The notes beneath the pieces are model-generated. The model saw nothing but the letters and a program-made list of their open reading frames with translations. It did not search any database and was not told where the DNA came from. This document shows, one piece after another, positions 25,076-38,499 of a stretch of 64,000 nt of DNA. How positions within the stretch are numbered: position 1 is the stretch's first letter; each line of letters starts with the position of its first letter. The DNA is from Callorhinchus milii (Eukaryota). A program made the position numbers and the translations under genes. The stretch spans positions 126,666,001 through 126,730,000 of the forward strand of contig NW_024704742.1 in NCBI RefSeq assembly GCF_018977255.1, in the 5' to 3' direction.

Positions 25076-28000
25076 GGATTATATTCCTCATAAATGTACT
25101 TGCAAACATGTACATTTATAAGGAATCAATTTGAAAGGCCACTAATTCTTCAAATAAAATTGGCCATTCACTAAAAGGCTGTTGTTTGTTGGATGTTGCT
25201 ATGAGCAAATTGGCTGCCACGTTCACTCACAAAAAATATACATAGTCACACCACTGTGAAATGCTATGAGACGTCTCAAGACGCGATAAGGCACTATATC
25301 AAAAGAAAGAATTATTATAGCATCTATCCTCCTTCCTCGCAAACTTTCATCCCCTTCTGTGAGTCTGCACTCTCCGAGTTTTCTCTCCTAATCCCCTGAC
25401 TCGATGTCAGGCTCTGCCACTGCTACCCCTCATGAAGGGCGCTATATAAATGCAAATTGTAGTTTCAATCCTACTTGACGCATCACATCTATTCTGTTTC
25501 CTCCAATGGCTTCTCCCACTGTACCTCAGGGTTCCACCCTTGGTCCCCATCTTTTCCACATTTACATGCTCCCCCTTAATAACATCATCCACATTTACGC
25601 AGATGACGCATAAATTTACTTCTGCCTGTCAGACATCATGTCCTGAGCAATACTCTTGTTGGGCGCTGTATAAATTCAAGTTGTACATTTTATTATAGAT
25701 GCAGTTCTGAAAACTGTTTCCATTCTGGCTCTTACCTTCCAACCTACAAGAGCTAAATTTAAACGTTATGACTGCTAGTGGAAAGCCACAAAGAAGTCAC
25801 TGTTTTACACTGAGAACCATAATCAGCTTTGTTTTCCCTCTTGTATTGCTGAACAATCAACTGTATTTATTGTCAAACAGGCAGACATTGCAGTGACTGC
25901 AGTAGTGATTGCAGAAGAGGAACAGCCAAGAAAAAACATGTTATTAACCAATTATTATCTTGATGTTGGTGTAAATCCTAAAATTATTTTAAAAAGTAAT
26001 TTAATTTCAGTAGTGCAGTACTGTTTAAAAAATCAGAGATTTCTAATAGCATCCTTTAATAAACAACCAACCAAACAAACAAACTGCATTAATATAGTAC
26101 CTTTCACATCGGGAGGACATCCCAAGAAGCTGGGCAGCTGATGGCTTGCACCCAAGCTTCGAGGTGGATTCAAGAGTGGTGGCAATCAAGGAGGTTTGGT
26201 GGGGGTGGGAAAATGACCACACCCTAGGGTACAATCCCCAGCATGGGTACAAACGCTCAACCATGTGCATTATTAAAGCTCCCTTCCCTTGCCTCCTTCA
26301 AGGTCCATCTTAAGATCTTCCTCTTTGACCTTCTTGAAGGAGGCGAGGGAAGAGAGCTTTACTAAAGCAAATGGGGGCTCCTTTAGGTAACTGGTAGAAC
26401 ACCAACCCATAGGAACTCAGCTCTAAAACAATGTACTTTTGGATTGGTATGCTGATGTATTTCCAGTTACCAGAAGGACAGTAAGTAGCATTAAAACTAC
26501 TGATAGAAATATGCTACTTGTCAATAATTGTAAAAATCAACTCACATCAGATTCTAAGTTTCTGCTGCATTTCTTTGAGGTTCAGGGAAGTTGGCAAGCT
26601 GCCAAAATAGCATATGCTACATGATTCCCCACATATTTTCTGTTTCTGCTTACCATTCTCACTGCAGTAAGCAAAGATCATAGCCTGGAGCTGTGTTATC
26701 AGCATGTTGTAGTTTCTTAACTATGAAACTAAATAAGCAGGATTATGTGGTTAGCACCAAAAACACAATGTGTATTATGTGCCTTTGGAAACCCTGTGTA
26801 CAATGCTCTTATTTATGTGATTTACAAGGGCTTTTATTTATAAAATTAATAACCAGTGGAAATGATTTTTAATCTTTGGTTAAGTGTTATTATTTGATTG
26901 AGCCCACCTACAATTCCCTTTGTAAACATGAATTACACACAACGCATAATATACTCTATTAACCATTGTTTTAAAATTAAATGTACAGTCATTTTCACTT
27001 GGTTCCTGTCTTAATTACCATCTGCTTCACCTTGATCTATTTTCTTACCTCTCCCTCAGACCCTTGCCATCTTGTTTCAGTTCTAAACTCGGTTCTGAAT
27101 GTAGGAACTAATTCTGCTGCATTTCATTTGTAAAATAAATGTTATTGCTGCAGCACTTTACAAGAATTAAGTAAAACACACCATGATTATGGCCCTTTCT
27201 CCTGTATGCATCACCCTGAAGAGTCACATAAACAGCTGCAAAACAGAGATATTTGCTGTCCTCCTTCACTCTGATATGTATAGCTAACTCTTCAACAAAA
27301 TAGTTGACAGCTTTTCCTCAACTGTAAACACTTTGCCATTAAAATATTTTGAAGTGAAAGTAACCCCCACCTTCCTCCTCCCCACCCCGAAGCGTCAGCC
27401 CGTGAGCACTTTCTATGTGAAAGTAAACCATTAATATTTTTGCAGCATTGCCCAAACCCATATTAAGGTCATTAATGAGTGACACAGTATTGAGATTCAA
27501 CATTCAGACAAATTCTAACTTCCAACAACATTTCATATTCTATCACAGATTTAAACCAGTATTCTGTATCCACAGGTTTAATAACCTAATAACTCATTAG
27601 CAGCAATGGCAGAAAACTTGATACCATAATATACTTAATGTAGCACATCAGGGATCTAAAATGTGACGTATATTAAGAGGAAATCGTTTACGTAAAAGTA
27701 GACTCTTTCCAGTGACAGGAATGCATCACACTGACCTGCAATACTCCACTTCAATCTGCTTCCAGAGTGGGGTTCCCGCAAATTCTAAAATGATTCTTTT
27801 TTAAGGAACCCCTGTGGAGAAATATCCATAAATAGATACCCACATTCCAAAACTGCATTTACACTCATTACAGCCCCACTCATTTCACTATGTAGAGGGA
27901 GTATAGTTGTATGATTCACTCATTCCATTCATCTGTGCATGAGTCTGTTTTTCATTAAGAGCTTTTTCAAAATAAACTCATCTGATGTTTTTGTACTTTT

Positions 28001-30484
28001 TCCCCACACAGTGAGCTCGATTTTCCAATAAAGATTTTTTAAAAAAGGTTTTCATTTAAACTCCTTAATTAAGCACAAATCTCTTAGAAATGGAGGAAAG
28101 ATAACCAGGTGCAGGGTTTCAGGTCCAAATCCCTGACTTTGCAGCACCTTGAGACATCCTCCCGATGTGAAGGATGCTTTACAAATGTAAATTGTTGTTG
28201 TATCGAACATTCCTCTCGAAATATGCATTGGGAGATATGGAAAAAACAACCTGAGGTACCTCTCCACTTACTTGCTGCCATGCTTCCCATTTCACTTATT
28301 TTTATATCAACTGGACACAGGGTACTGGAATTCTGTTTTAAAAATAAATGTCCCATCCTTCCTAGGGTGTCCTTTTTTCCAGCCTTTCATCTTCCAGATC
28401 ACGAGAGGACAAGCAGGCAACACCAGCCATCTTCATGACTTTTACAAATTCTGCTTGTTGTATTCTAATGTCAAATCCTCAAGTATGACTCAAGTTGGAA
28501 CCCTGGATAACTTTCCATTCCCTCCCACTGACAAGGGACATGCCTTGACTCAGTGACTCTGAATGGCATGTCACCAGGGAATGAGAATTGAGAACGTAAG
28601 GTCAACCGGTTTTAAACCTGGCCTCCCAGTTCACACTGCGCTGAGAAATTTTTCTGATGTATAAATTGTATGTTTAATTGTATGATATGACCGGGATTGA
28701 CAAGACAACTGCATTGATTTAATGCTGGTATTTAGCACTCAGAAATTCAAAGTTCATAATGTTCACTTAACGTTCATCTCTTTAATGCAGAATTTTCTAG
28801 GTGAGTAAGTTGCTCTCAATTAGAACTTTCAGAACTAGAAAATAGCAACATAAACTTTTTCTATGCTGTAATATTCTATAATTCTCTATAAACTGCAAAC
28901 TATACTTATGTCCAACAAAGCTGAATGCTGCGACAGTGAGTCAGAATGGGTTTGACTATTTTGACTGCCCTGAAAATATATGTGCCAAGAATGTTAGGTC
29001 TGGATGACACTCCAGTTCTCAGATTTTCCTTAAGCCGTCGCAGCACAGCTGTTATATAAAAATATCCCCACTGGTTTTCCAAAGAGTTGTCTGCACAGGG
29101 CTTGAAATTAACAGGAGCTCAATTGTTAATTCAGCAGCAAACGCTCTTAGAAACCCCTCGTTTTGGAGAGCTAAATTGCGATGTGTATTTATTCCCTGCC
29201 AAAATTACTAGCATCTCCAATTACAGCTCATGTAGAACATTCTGCAGTGCCAAGTTTACAGCCAGTAAAAGACGTTTCAATTCACGTATTTTACAAAAGT
29301 GAATGTCTCCAGTATTGTTCTAGAATCATAGAATAGACAGGTAAAATGCTGCAGCAGAGACAGACCATTTGGCTCATTGAATCTCTTCTGGTATTTTTCT
29401 TTACGAGTCATTTCACTAGTCTAACCTCACTATGTTCATACTAATCAAGATATCTTAATCTTCTGAACTAGTTTAATATTTTTATAAATGATCTGGAACT
29501 AGGAGTCACAAGCGCTCTGGGACGCTACCCTGTGTGAGGGAGCACTACATACATGCAAATTGTTGTTGTTATGTTACTTGCTCCCCAAACTCTTCAATAG
29601 TCTTTTTTTCAAACATCAATCTAATTCCCTTTGAAAATAATTCATGGACTCTCCTCAAAACGACGATTTGAGGGCAGAGAATTCTAACCATCCAATGTGA
29701 AAAAGACAACCTCCCCTTTAATGTTTTTCTCACTGTCTTAAATGTGTGCCCTGTTTCTAACTTGATAACTAATTACTGTTTATCCTATTGTAATGTTCAT
29801 AATAATCAAGATGTCATCATGTAACACTTTAACCTTCTGAACTCTAGTGAAAAAGCCCAAAGCTCTCAAGGATCATATTTGAAATCCCCCCTTTCCCTGG
29901 TAACAGCACTGTATACCTAGGTTGCAAGATTTTCATTGCTTCCTATAATGTGTGGGTGGCCAAAGTTTTCTGTTGAAATTTTATATAAATTGGACCAATT
30001 ATATTTTCATTGTGCACTTAGCAGAAGAGCAGTTAGTAGCACTTCTGAGAGGTTTTAAAGAGATGATAAGGCGCTGTATCAAATGCAAGGATTATTATTA
30101 CTAATTTATCAGATTTAAAAATGTTAGATCTTTAAAAAGCATTTTGGCTGATAAATCATCTGCGATTACTCCTCCAACTGATGTGGGATTCATTCGTTGT
30201 ATTATGAAAACAAAGTCAAAGCAATCTAGTCTTATGAAAAATTAAATGTTTGGTGTGTACATGGTGGGAAGTCGTGCTCAGCACACAAAAAAGACACTTT
30301 TCTGACAAAAACCTAATCGATCCTCATCACATCAGTTACGGTAAGATGGTTGTAATGTCAAAATTAAATGTGAATCTACTTCCAAAAATATTCAGACTAC
30401 CTTCCGACAACAATCTTTTCAATAAATCAGAAGTCGCTGGGAACACTCAGCAGGTCAGGCAGCATCTATCGAGAAAGGAAAGTG

Positions 30485-30521
30485 AGTCAACGTTTCAGGT
30501 CCACAACCATTCGTCAGAACT
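30485..30521 (-). ncRNA. Minimal type-I hammerhead ribozyme motif (core intact)
   Basis: AGTT-CTGACGA-atggttgtggacct-GAAAC-GTT-GACT: helix I AGTT/GACT, CUGANGA and GAAA boxes, imperfect helix II, palindromic AACGTT helix III, GUU cleavage triplet. Confidence 0.65.
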
Positions 30522-30912
30522 GGGGCATGTTGGGAGGGAGAGGCTTTTAGGGGCTAACAGAGAGGGGGGAGACAGGGCAAGGAAGACAAAGGAGAAAATG
30601 GGGTAGAAGACAGGGGGTGATGGGTTAAAGAGGCTTTAATGATGCAAAACAAAGCGGGGGGTTGCAACAAAGCAGGGGAATAGAGATGTTAATACTGCAG
30701 AACAAAAGGGGAGGAGAGAAAAGATTGCAAAAAAACAGGCAGACCAGAGAGAGAAAATGTGTGTTTGGGACCAAGATGATATGGTAATGGTCAGAGAAGA
30801 GGGAGAGGGGGGATGTGAGCTGTTATGGTCTGAAATTGTTGAAATCAATATTGAGGCCAGAGGGCTGTAAGTCACTAGCAGATAAATGAGGTGCTGTTCC
30901 TCGATCTTGCTC

Positions 30913-30949
30913 AGTTCTGACAAAGGGTTGTGGCCCTGAAACGTTGACT
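30913..30949 (+). ncRNA. Minimal type-I hammerhead ribozyme motif (core G8->A, probably inactive)
   Basis: AGTT-CTGACAA-agggt tgtg gccct-GAAAC-GTT-GACT; helix II pairs well but the core reads CUGACAA. Confidence 0.55.
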
Positions 30950-31112
30950 CACTTTCCTTTCTCCATAGATGCTGCCTGACCTGCTGAGTGTTCCCAGCGA
31001 CTTCTGTTTTTGTTTCAGATTTCCAGCACCTGCAGTATTTTGTGTTTTCTTTCAATGAATCATCTCACTCTGCAATGCTTTCAATCTATGCTACATGCTT
31101 TTTGGCCTAATC

Positions 31113-31507
31113 TACAACAACAACAACTTGTATTTCTATAGCATACAACCCGACCTCCTAACCCCCTACCACCCTGTTCGCTCCCTCCACTCTGCGGGCT
31201 CCGACTTGCTTCACGTCCCCCGCCTTTCTCACCCCACTATCGACGGGCGGGCCTTCCGCCACTTTGCACCCACCCTCTGGAACTCCATCCCGCAGTCCCT
31301 CCGCCTGGTCCCCTCCCTCGCCACCCTCAAGACCCACCTCAAGACCCTCCTCTTCGATCACGCTTTCGATCTCCCTGCTACCCCCCCCTACCCTCCACCC
31401 TCCCCCACCCCGACCCTCAGCTCGGGTCCATAACTCTGTCTGTCCAGCGCCTTGGGATGTCCTCCTGGCGTGAAAGGCGCTATATAAATGTAATTTTGTT
31501 GTTGTTA
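31113..31507 (+). mobile_element. L2 3' fragment
   Basis: GRAFRHFAPTLWNSIP...KTHLKTLLF, stem-loop tail and (TTG)n. Confidence 0.85.
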
Positions 31508-34349
31508 TAGCGCCCACACACAAAGTGCTAATCTACAGATATCACATGACACTGCATAATTTTCGGTTCAAATAGCCTTCCACTACTAGGATTTTTTTTA
31601 ATATTCAGGACACCTCTTCTTTATATTACAAATACTTTCACAAGAGCATATGACAATATAACATCAGCTTTCCTCTAGCATATAGGACCAGCTAAAGTAA
31701 TAAGGTAGGCATCATCTTAATTCAGATTAGAACGTTGTGCAACTTTGTTTCTATGGAACATTTTCGTATTAATTTGATCTAAACCTATGTTTTCATCTTT
31801 GGAAATACCTTACATTAACCATGTTTTAAATGCCAAATATTGAAAATGGTAAAACCACCAAAAGCTTAAATCAAGTTTGTTTTTAAGAATCAATCATTCC
31901 TAAATGCAGCCAACAAGCTGGTAAATCATTATTTCCATTACTGTACTATAAAAACAAAAGGACGCTACATTGTAATTAATTCAGTGCCAGTTTGCCAGAT
32001 ACACCACAATCAATGAACATCAATCTTTCCTTTGTGACTGTTGCCTTTAGTTAAGCGGACATTTTATCTGCTTGGAAACTGTACACTTAAGCAAACTAAG
32101 TACAATATAGTACTTTCTTTGTATGCTAAATTGCTCTCAGAAAGAACCAGTTTTCCAACAAATTGTTTTCACCAATATTTTTGTTCAACTAAGATAATTT
32201 GATCCAGCTCTTTTTAAAAGACTTTTTAAATTATTTTATCCCATATTTGTAAACAGATGACTCTTTAAATTCTATTTTATTTTGTAATAATCCCTCTTTT
32301 TTGCCCAACAACAATGAACTACTGTATTTCAGGATGATAGCTGCAGTCTCGATTAACCTATCTCTTTGGGCACCACCAATGCTTCCAGTTCTGGACCTAT
32401 CCGGGTGACAAAGTTAATTTTGCTTCAATCACTGGGACTCAGTAGAACATTTTCCTCCCTTGAACGTTTCTGAATAAAAATAATAATAATCATCCATGCA
32501 TTTGATATAGCGCCTCATAACGTCTTCATGACATCGCAAAGCACTTTGCAGAATATACTGTAAAGCATTTGTTTACCTTGCAGTAAATAGGAACCCAGTT
32601 GTTAGTTGTTTCGCGGATTGCTTTTCCGGGGGTAATAATTCCTTTAAAAATAATAGGTCACTCAATCCACGACTGTTTGTGGGAAACTGCTGTGCGCAAT
32701 TGGCTGTTGCGTTTCGTCCCTAAAATATACAGTATATTCTGAGAAGCGCTTTGAGACGTCTCGTGAGTGTGATAAGACGCTGCATCAAATGCAAGGATTA
32801 CTACAATTATTAATGAGGTAGCTGCTCTCTGATAGAACGGTACTAGGGGCAGCAGCCCCTTCGCATGGATTGGGAAAATAGAAGTAACGTCAGTGAAGAT
32901 CCAATTCCAGATCACTATTTACACAGACAGAATTAGTAGAAGAGAGTAGAAGAATTGCAAAAGGTTACAAAACATCACAGGATGTAGGAAGGGGTTAAAA
33001 AAGTACTGGGAGTGGAGACCAAAAGAGAAACTTGCAAGGACCCACAATTACAGGTTTGTCAAATGCAAAGCTGGAAAAAACCTCAATCTGGCAAGTAGAG
33101 TTTCCTAATCTTGGTCGCATCCTTCCCATTATTGCAATGTTTATAAAGGAACCACTAGTGAGTATTTGGGGTAAATTATTAACCCTTAAAATTAAATATT
33201 TTACAACTGTGTCTTAGAAATACCTAACTTTGGAGATGCTCATATATATTCTCATGAATGCCGCAGACATCTAATCAGATTGCAATTCAAGCATACCTAC
33301 CTTATATTTCATATAAATGCAATCTGAGTTTTAATGGGATTTATGGCATAAAACCTCGCTCTTTCACATGTTTTATAAGTTTTTCTCAATTTCTATATAC
33401 AAGCGATATTTTACTACAAAAACAAGATTTCTTAGATATAAAATAACATAAATGGTATAATTAGAGCTGGCTTGTCATCCACAAAAACTTTGCATAAGAT
33501 GCCTTTGACAAATTTGCAAAAACAAGAGTCATTTCTTGGCTCTCAGCACTTCATGTTTGGTTGTACATTGCTTTCATGGTTTCAATTTTGCTTCCTTCTG
33601 AAGAGCACGGCAATTTGGTCAACAGCTGTCTGTAATTCCAACTAAATTCTAAACAAGCCTCCAGACGGCTGTCTACTTTGCAAGACAAAAATAGCAGGTG
33701 CCTGCCACCACAAGTGAGTTTAGGCTATTATAAATTATGAAATGATGATGAAGTCAATAGAGCTATGGAATGCAGTTAGTATTACAGATCTGTTTTGCCC
33801 TGCATTCATGTTGTTTTTGCCAAATGTTCTACCTTCCTCTGCTGAAGGCCTTGCCTTTTGTTGGGAAGCTATTCCACTGGTTCCACCGGCAGTCAGTCCT
33901 CTGCTACCTCGCCTCAGTGGCTCCTCTTCACATCCAACCCTGGACAGTGAGGGTCAGCAGGCAATCACAGCTCTGAGCCCAAACCTGCCTTTTGGCACAC
34001 ATACACTTTCCAGGAGGGGCTGTTAAGGAAACAAACAGAAGAGGGAACTGGACAATTTTCCCTTCCTCAGGTAGGACATGGAGGTCAATTAAAGGGATTT
34101 TTTTGTCAGCCGGGTATCTGCATGACACACGTGGAAACCCTTGACCACACTTAAGAGTATAGAAACCAGACTGAAAGTTAAAATATATATTTATATACTG
34201 TATATATATTATATATATATTATACAAATTCTGGAGAGCATTAGGCACAAGTTAGCAATAGGCTTCAGCTTGAGACCTCAGAGTGTATGTGGGAACTGTT
34301 TGAATTTAACCAGCTAACACCACATGGATTGTCAGGCAAGCTTCCCGCT

Positions 34350-35290
34350 GTTTGTCTACCTCTATCTCTCTGCCTCTATCCTCATTTACAGGACAACTGC
34401 TGGTCTGATCGATAGCCTGTCAGACATCAAGTCCTGGATGATTTCTAACTTTCTCCAGCTAAAATGTCAGCAAGACAAAGGCACTACAGCTTGGCTCCCA
34501 TTAGCAACTTGGCACTTCAAGAGCTGCCGAATCGATCTGCGTGGATGCACACTCAATCTCACAGAGCCAATGTGAAGCCTTGATGTCCCGTTCTGCTTTA
34601 AACTGGCCTTTAAAGAACTACATCTGGATTCTTATTCCTTTGGCTTTATCTCGCCATCGTAACAGTGTTCGCTTCCTCCACTACCTCACCTTCCCTACCC
34701 TCGAATGAGTTGTTCAGCCCTTATTCATTCCTTCATCATACCTTGCTCACAAGCCACCAAGCTCCTGCCTACACAAACTGTAGACCATCTAGAGTTACTG
34801 CAGCTCATACACTAGCTCCCTATCCCACGGCAACAACAAAAAATACATTTATAGAGCGCCTTTCACATCGGGAGGACGTCCCATAGCCACTCACAGTAAT
34901 GAATCCTTCCATTCAGATTTTTCCATGGCCTCACACCCCCACCTTCACAAACTCCTGCCACCCTGGCCCCCTCCCGCTGCTTGCTCTACTCCACAAACAC
35001 CAGCCTGCTTCATGTTATCTATCCGACCCACTCCACCATCGGTAGGAGAGCCATCGCTCATTCTCCTCCCACTTCCTGGCACTCCATCCCAAAGTCCCAC
35101 CACCTCACCCTCTCCATCCCCACCTTTACAATCCACTTAAGACCTATCTTTTCAACTGTGCTTTTGGTCACCTTTCCCCATTGCTTCCTCAGCTCCCCCC
35201 CACCAACTGCTTGGGCTTCCAGTCAGTGTGTGAAGCACTTTGAGACAGCCTTCTGACATGAACACACTGTATAAGTGTGAAAGTGTTGCT
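34350..35290 (+). mobile_element. Decayed L2 fragments with an antisense short tail insertion (~34830-34885)
   Basis: LSDIKSWMISNFLQL, TIGRRAIAHSPPTSWHSIP; tail-like end. Confidence 0.7.
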
Positions 35291-35943
35291 TTCGTTATAT
35301 TTTGTATAACTTTTCCCAGGTTTTGAGTGGAAAGAATCGCTTCCAGTAAGTGGTCCGTCCCTCCTAGTCTTGCAGCACAGACAGGACAGGCTGGCTGCTC
35401 AGTCTGGCATCAGCAGTGCCCTGAACCACTGCAGACCTCTGGAACCAGACTACTGAGATCACCACAGAGGACTGACTCAATTCCAATATTCTGCTGCCAA
35501 ACGTATCACTTTGGAGCCAACTCAGTTCCACGAAGACCCTGCTTACCTCTGTAATAATAATAATAATCCTTGCATTTGATATAGCGCTTTTCACATCTTC
35601 TAGACGCTTCAAAGCACTTCACAGGATAGACTGTAAAGTGAATTGACTGTATATTTGTGGGCAAATACCCAAGGAAGACAGAAAGTATTCAAACTGCTGA
35701 AGGATTCAAACCTGCAACACTCCAGTCTCTATAAACTTGGTGCTCCATCACGCATTGCATTTACCCACTGGTCAGTATGAATCTTATTGATCGCTTGTTT
35801 TCTGCATCACTCCAGTGCTATGGTATCTTGATTCGTACGGTTAAGATGCAATACAATGCTCCATGTTTACAGCATTGTTAAACAACACATTTACTAGAAT
35901 ATAATTCAGCAAAAAATTAGAAACAAACTTCAATTATTTTGTA

Positions 35944-36132
35944 CAGTAAACTCCTGATAACTCATCACTCCAAGGTAAAAGGGCGCAGTGATGAGCTATC
36001 AGGAGTAGCGAGTAAGTATACATATTTATATATGTATAAATACATAAATAAATATGGTCGGGATATTGACAGCACAATGACTTTAGTGGTAGTGACAAGT
36101 CAAGCCAGGGTCGAGTTATCAGGAGTTTAGTG
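35944..36132. mobile_element. Tc1/mariner-pogo (Tigger-like) MITE
   Basis: TA|CAGTAAACTCCTGATAACTC...GAGTTATCAGGAGTTTAGTG|TA: 20 bp TIRs (1 mismatch) and TA target duplication; extra internal inverted copy at ~35987-36005. Confidence 0.85.
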
Positions 36133-36281
36133 TATTTTTACAGAAATATTATGTTATGTTTAACAACAATAAGTCTGTCTATTCATGAGCTGATCGAACA
36201 GTGAACCCAGTGGATCTGGATTGCTGCGCTTGGCATTTTCTTCAAAAGGAACATATAGAAATTCTGTGTATTTTCCTTAGC

Positions 36282-36478
36282 AAATAATAGGATCAGTATT
36301 TTGCCATTATGCACGATTTTACGGTAAAAGAATAACACAATCAAACCAAGCAAAATTCTGTAAAAACTCAAACTCAAAACATTAAATAATGGGATCAGTA
36401 TTTTGCCATTATGCACAATTTTACGGTAAAATAACACAATTAGACCACGCAAAATTCTGTAAAAACTCAAATTTCAAA
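36282..36478. repeat. Direct tandem duplication, unit ~100 bp x2
   Basis: aaataat(a/g)ggatcagtattttgccattatgcac...aaaattctgtaaaaactcaaa at 36282 and 36384. Confidence 0.9.
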
Positions 36479-37499
36479 TACCTTGTTGATATAATTACAG
36501 CTCTTCACTATAATATAGCGCACAATGATCAAAAGGATACTATAATGGACACCATGTGTAACATTCATTAAAATGAATACTTATTGTAATTGATGCAGAG
36601 GATGGTGAAAAGAGCTTCACAGTTGCATCACTGGACGAGTCTGCAATCCATTTATTACTGCAGTTTGCATCTATTTTTTATTTTAATGCATTATGAATAA
36701 TATATTATTTAGCATGTGATAAAAACATAAAACACAATCCACATCGGCTGACATAATTGTCAAACGAACAAGTAAATTACAGCCAATGCCCAAAGAGGAT
36801 GCAAATAGCTCTTTTTCTCCGCTTATTAACATTTTAAATGAGACGTAATTTAAGTACGTATTAGAGTAATTAGAAAAGAGCATTTATGGCACAGGATACC
36901 CAGTAGAAAATAGAAAAATATTTATTTTTAATTAAAAATGGCACAATATTCCTTGCTTCCCACAGGCATATTTAAATAAAGCTGCTAAATGTTCTCATAA
37001 AGTCTTTGATATAACATCTTTACTTCTTTCAGACACCTGATTTTATTTTGTTTGTTGGTGTTATAAACTATTTAATTGTCATAATGCCTGAAGTTATTTA
37101 AAATTCTCATCTATTGCTACCTTTTGTAAAATTCAGTGCATCATTCTACCCAATGTTTGTTATCTTAAAGTGACAAACATCACGGGGAAAAATAAAAGAT
37201 ACATAAAATCATGGGAACCTTTTTTATCACATACTTAACCGGCCGAAAAACCCATCCCTTCCACTCGCGCCTAGTGTCACTCCCCGTTCTCTCTTGCTCA
37301 GCATCCAATCCAGTCTTTATGTAGCACTACAAAACGTTATCCTACCCAAACAGTTGCTTTATAAATGCAAGTTATTGTTTCTGTTTTGGGAACCTCCAAC
37401 AATATTCATTTCAAATGGTGGAGGAGTGGGGGGTGTGAGCAAGATCTGCGTCTATACAGACATCCCAAAAGAAATGAATAGGATGCAACATTACAGTTG

Positions 37500-37808
37500 T
37501 TTATAATCCTTGCATTTGATATAGCGCTTTTCACGTCTTCTCGACGTCTCAAAGCGCTTCACAGAATAGACTGTAAAGTGAATGTACTGTATATTTGTGG
37601 GCGAAACGCAGCAGCGAATTGTACACAGCAGTGTCCCACAAACAGTCGTGGATTGGAAATGACCAATGTATTATTGTTTTTTTCTTGAGGAATTATTATT
37701 ATTATTATTGGAGTGAGGAAATTTGCCCAAGGTTTCGCTCTGCCGGGAATCGAATTCAGGTCTCTCACTTGGGAGGCGAGTGCTCTAACCACTGAGCTAC
37801 AGGACTCC
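37500..37808 (-). mobile_element. tRNA-derived SINE (same family, internal deletion)
   Basis: Reverse complement of head and tail. Confidence 0.85.
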
Positions 37809-38334
37809 TGTTTACGTAGAAATAGATGATCATTTCAAGTAACTTCAGGCCAATTAAATATCTGAACACAGCAGCAAACAAAATGAAACCAGGTTGCTGA
37901 TGCTCTCGGATGGGATTCTGCTGCGCGCAACTAATTGGCTGTTGCGTTTCGCTCACAAAATACAGTCAATTCACTCTGCAGTATATTCTTACAAAGCACT
38001 TTGAGACGTCGCCACAACGTGATAAAGCGCTATATCAAATGCAAGGATTATTATATTATTATTATTATTATTATGAGGGTGGGGGGGGGGGGGCTGTGGA
38101 GCACAGTAAAGGAACCTAGAATTAATGGGGAGAAGATCAATGACAGGTGATCAGGGAGAGATCAGCAGTGGGAGGTTAGAAATGGTCCAATGGCGCTTTC
38201 CTGGTTCTATCTTTTTCTTCTTCTTCCTCTTATTATTATTATAATTATTATTATAATTATTATTATGTTGGGATGAAACGCGATCTCGGTTGGAAATCCA
38301 ACAGGGATCCTTCTAGAAATCACATCATTTTCAC

Positions 38335-38450
38335 CGCCCCCTCCCACACCCCCACATCCCCCCTCCCCTCCCACACCCCCACATCCCCCTCCCCTCCCAC
38401 ACCCCCACATCCCCCCTCCCCTCCCACACCCCCACATCCCCCTCCCCTCC
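38335..38450. repeat. C-rich minisatellite, ~26-27 bp unit x4
   Basis: (cccctcccacacccccacatccccc[c]t)n; G-rich on the minus (sense) strand. Confidence 0.85.
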
Positions 38451-38499
38451 CCCCCTTCCACCCCCCCCACCCCTCCCCTCCCTTTCTCTGCGTCTCCTC

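Larger units (their letters stand above)
30420..31035 (-). mobile_element. Truncated Penelope-like retroelement with inverted terminal repeat (pLTR)
   Basis: ~100 bp inverted repeats (~30427-30523 vs ~30911-31008). Internal minus strand reads KIEEQHLIYL then, after a frameshift, LQPSGLNIDFNNFR, like the C-terminus of PLE GIY-YIG endonuclease ORFs, followed by a pyrimidine-rich tract. Confidence 0.8.
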
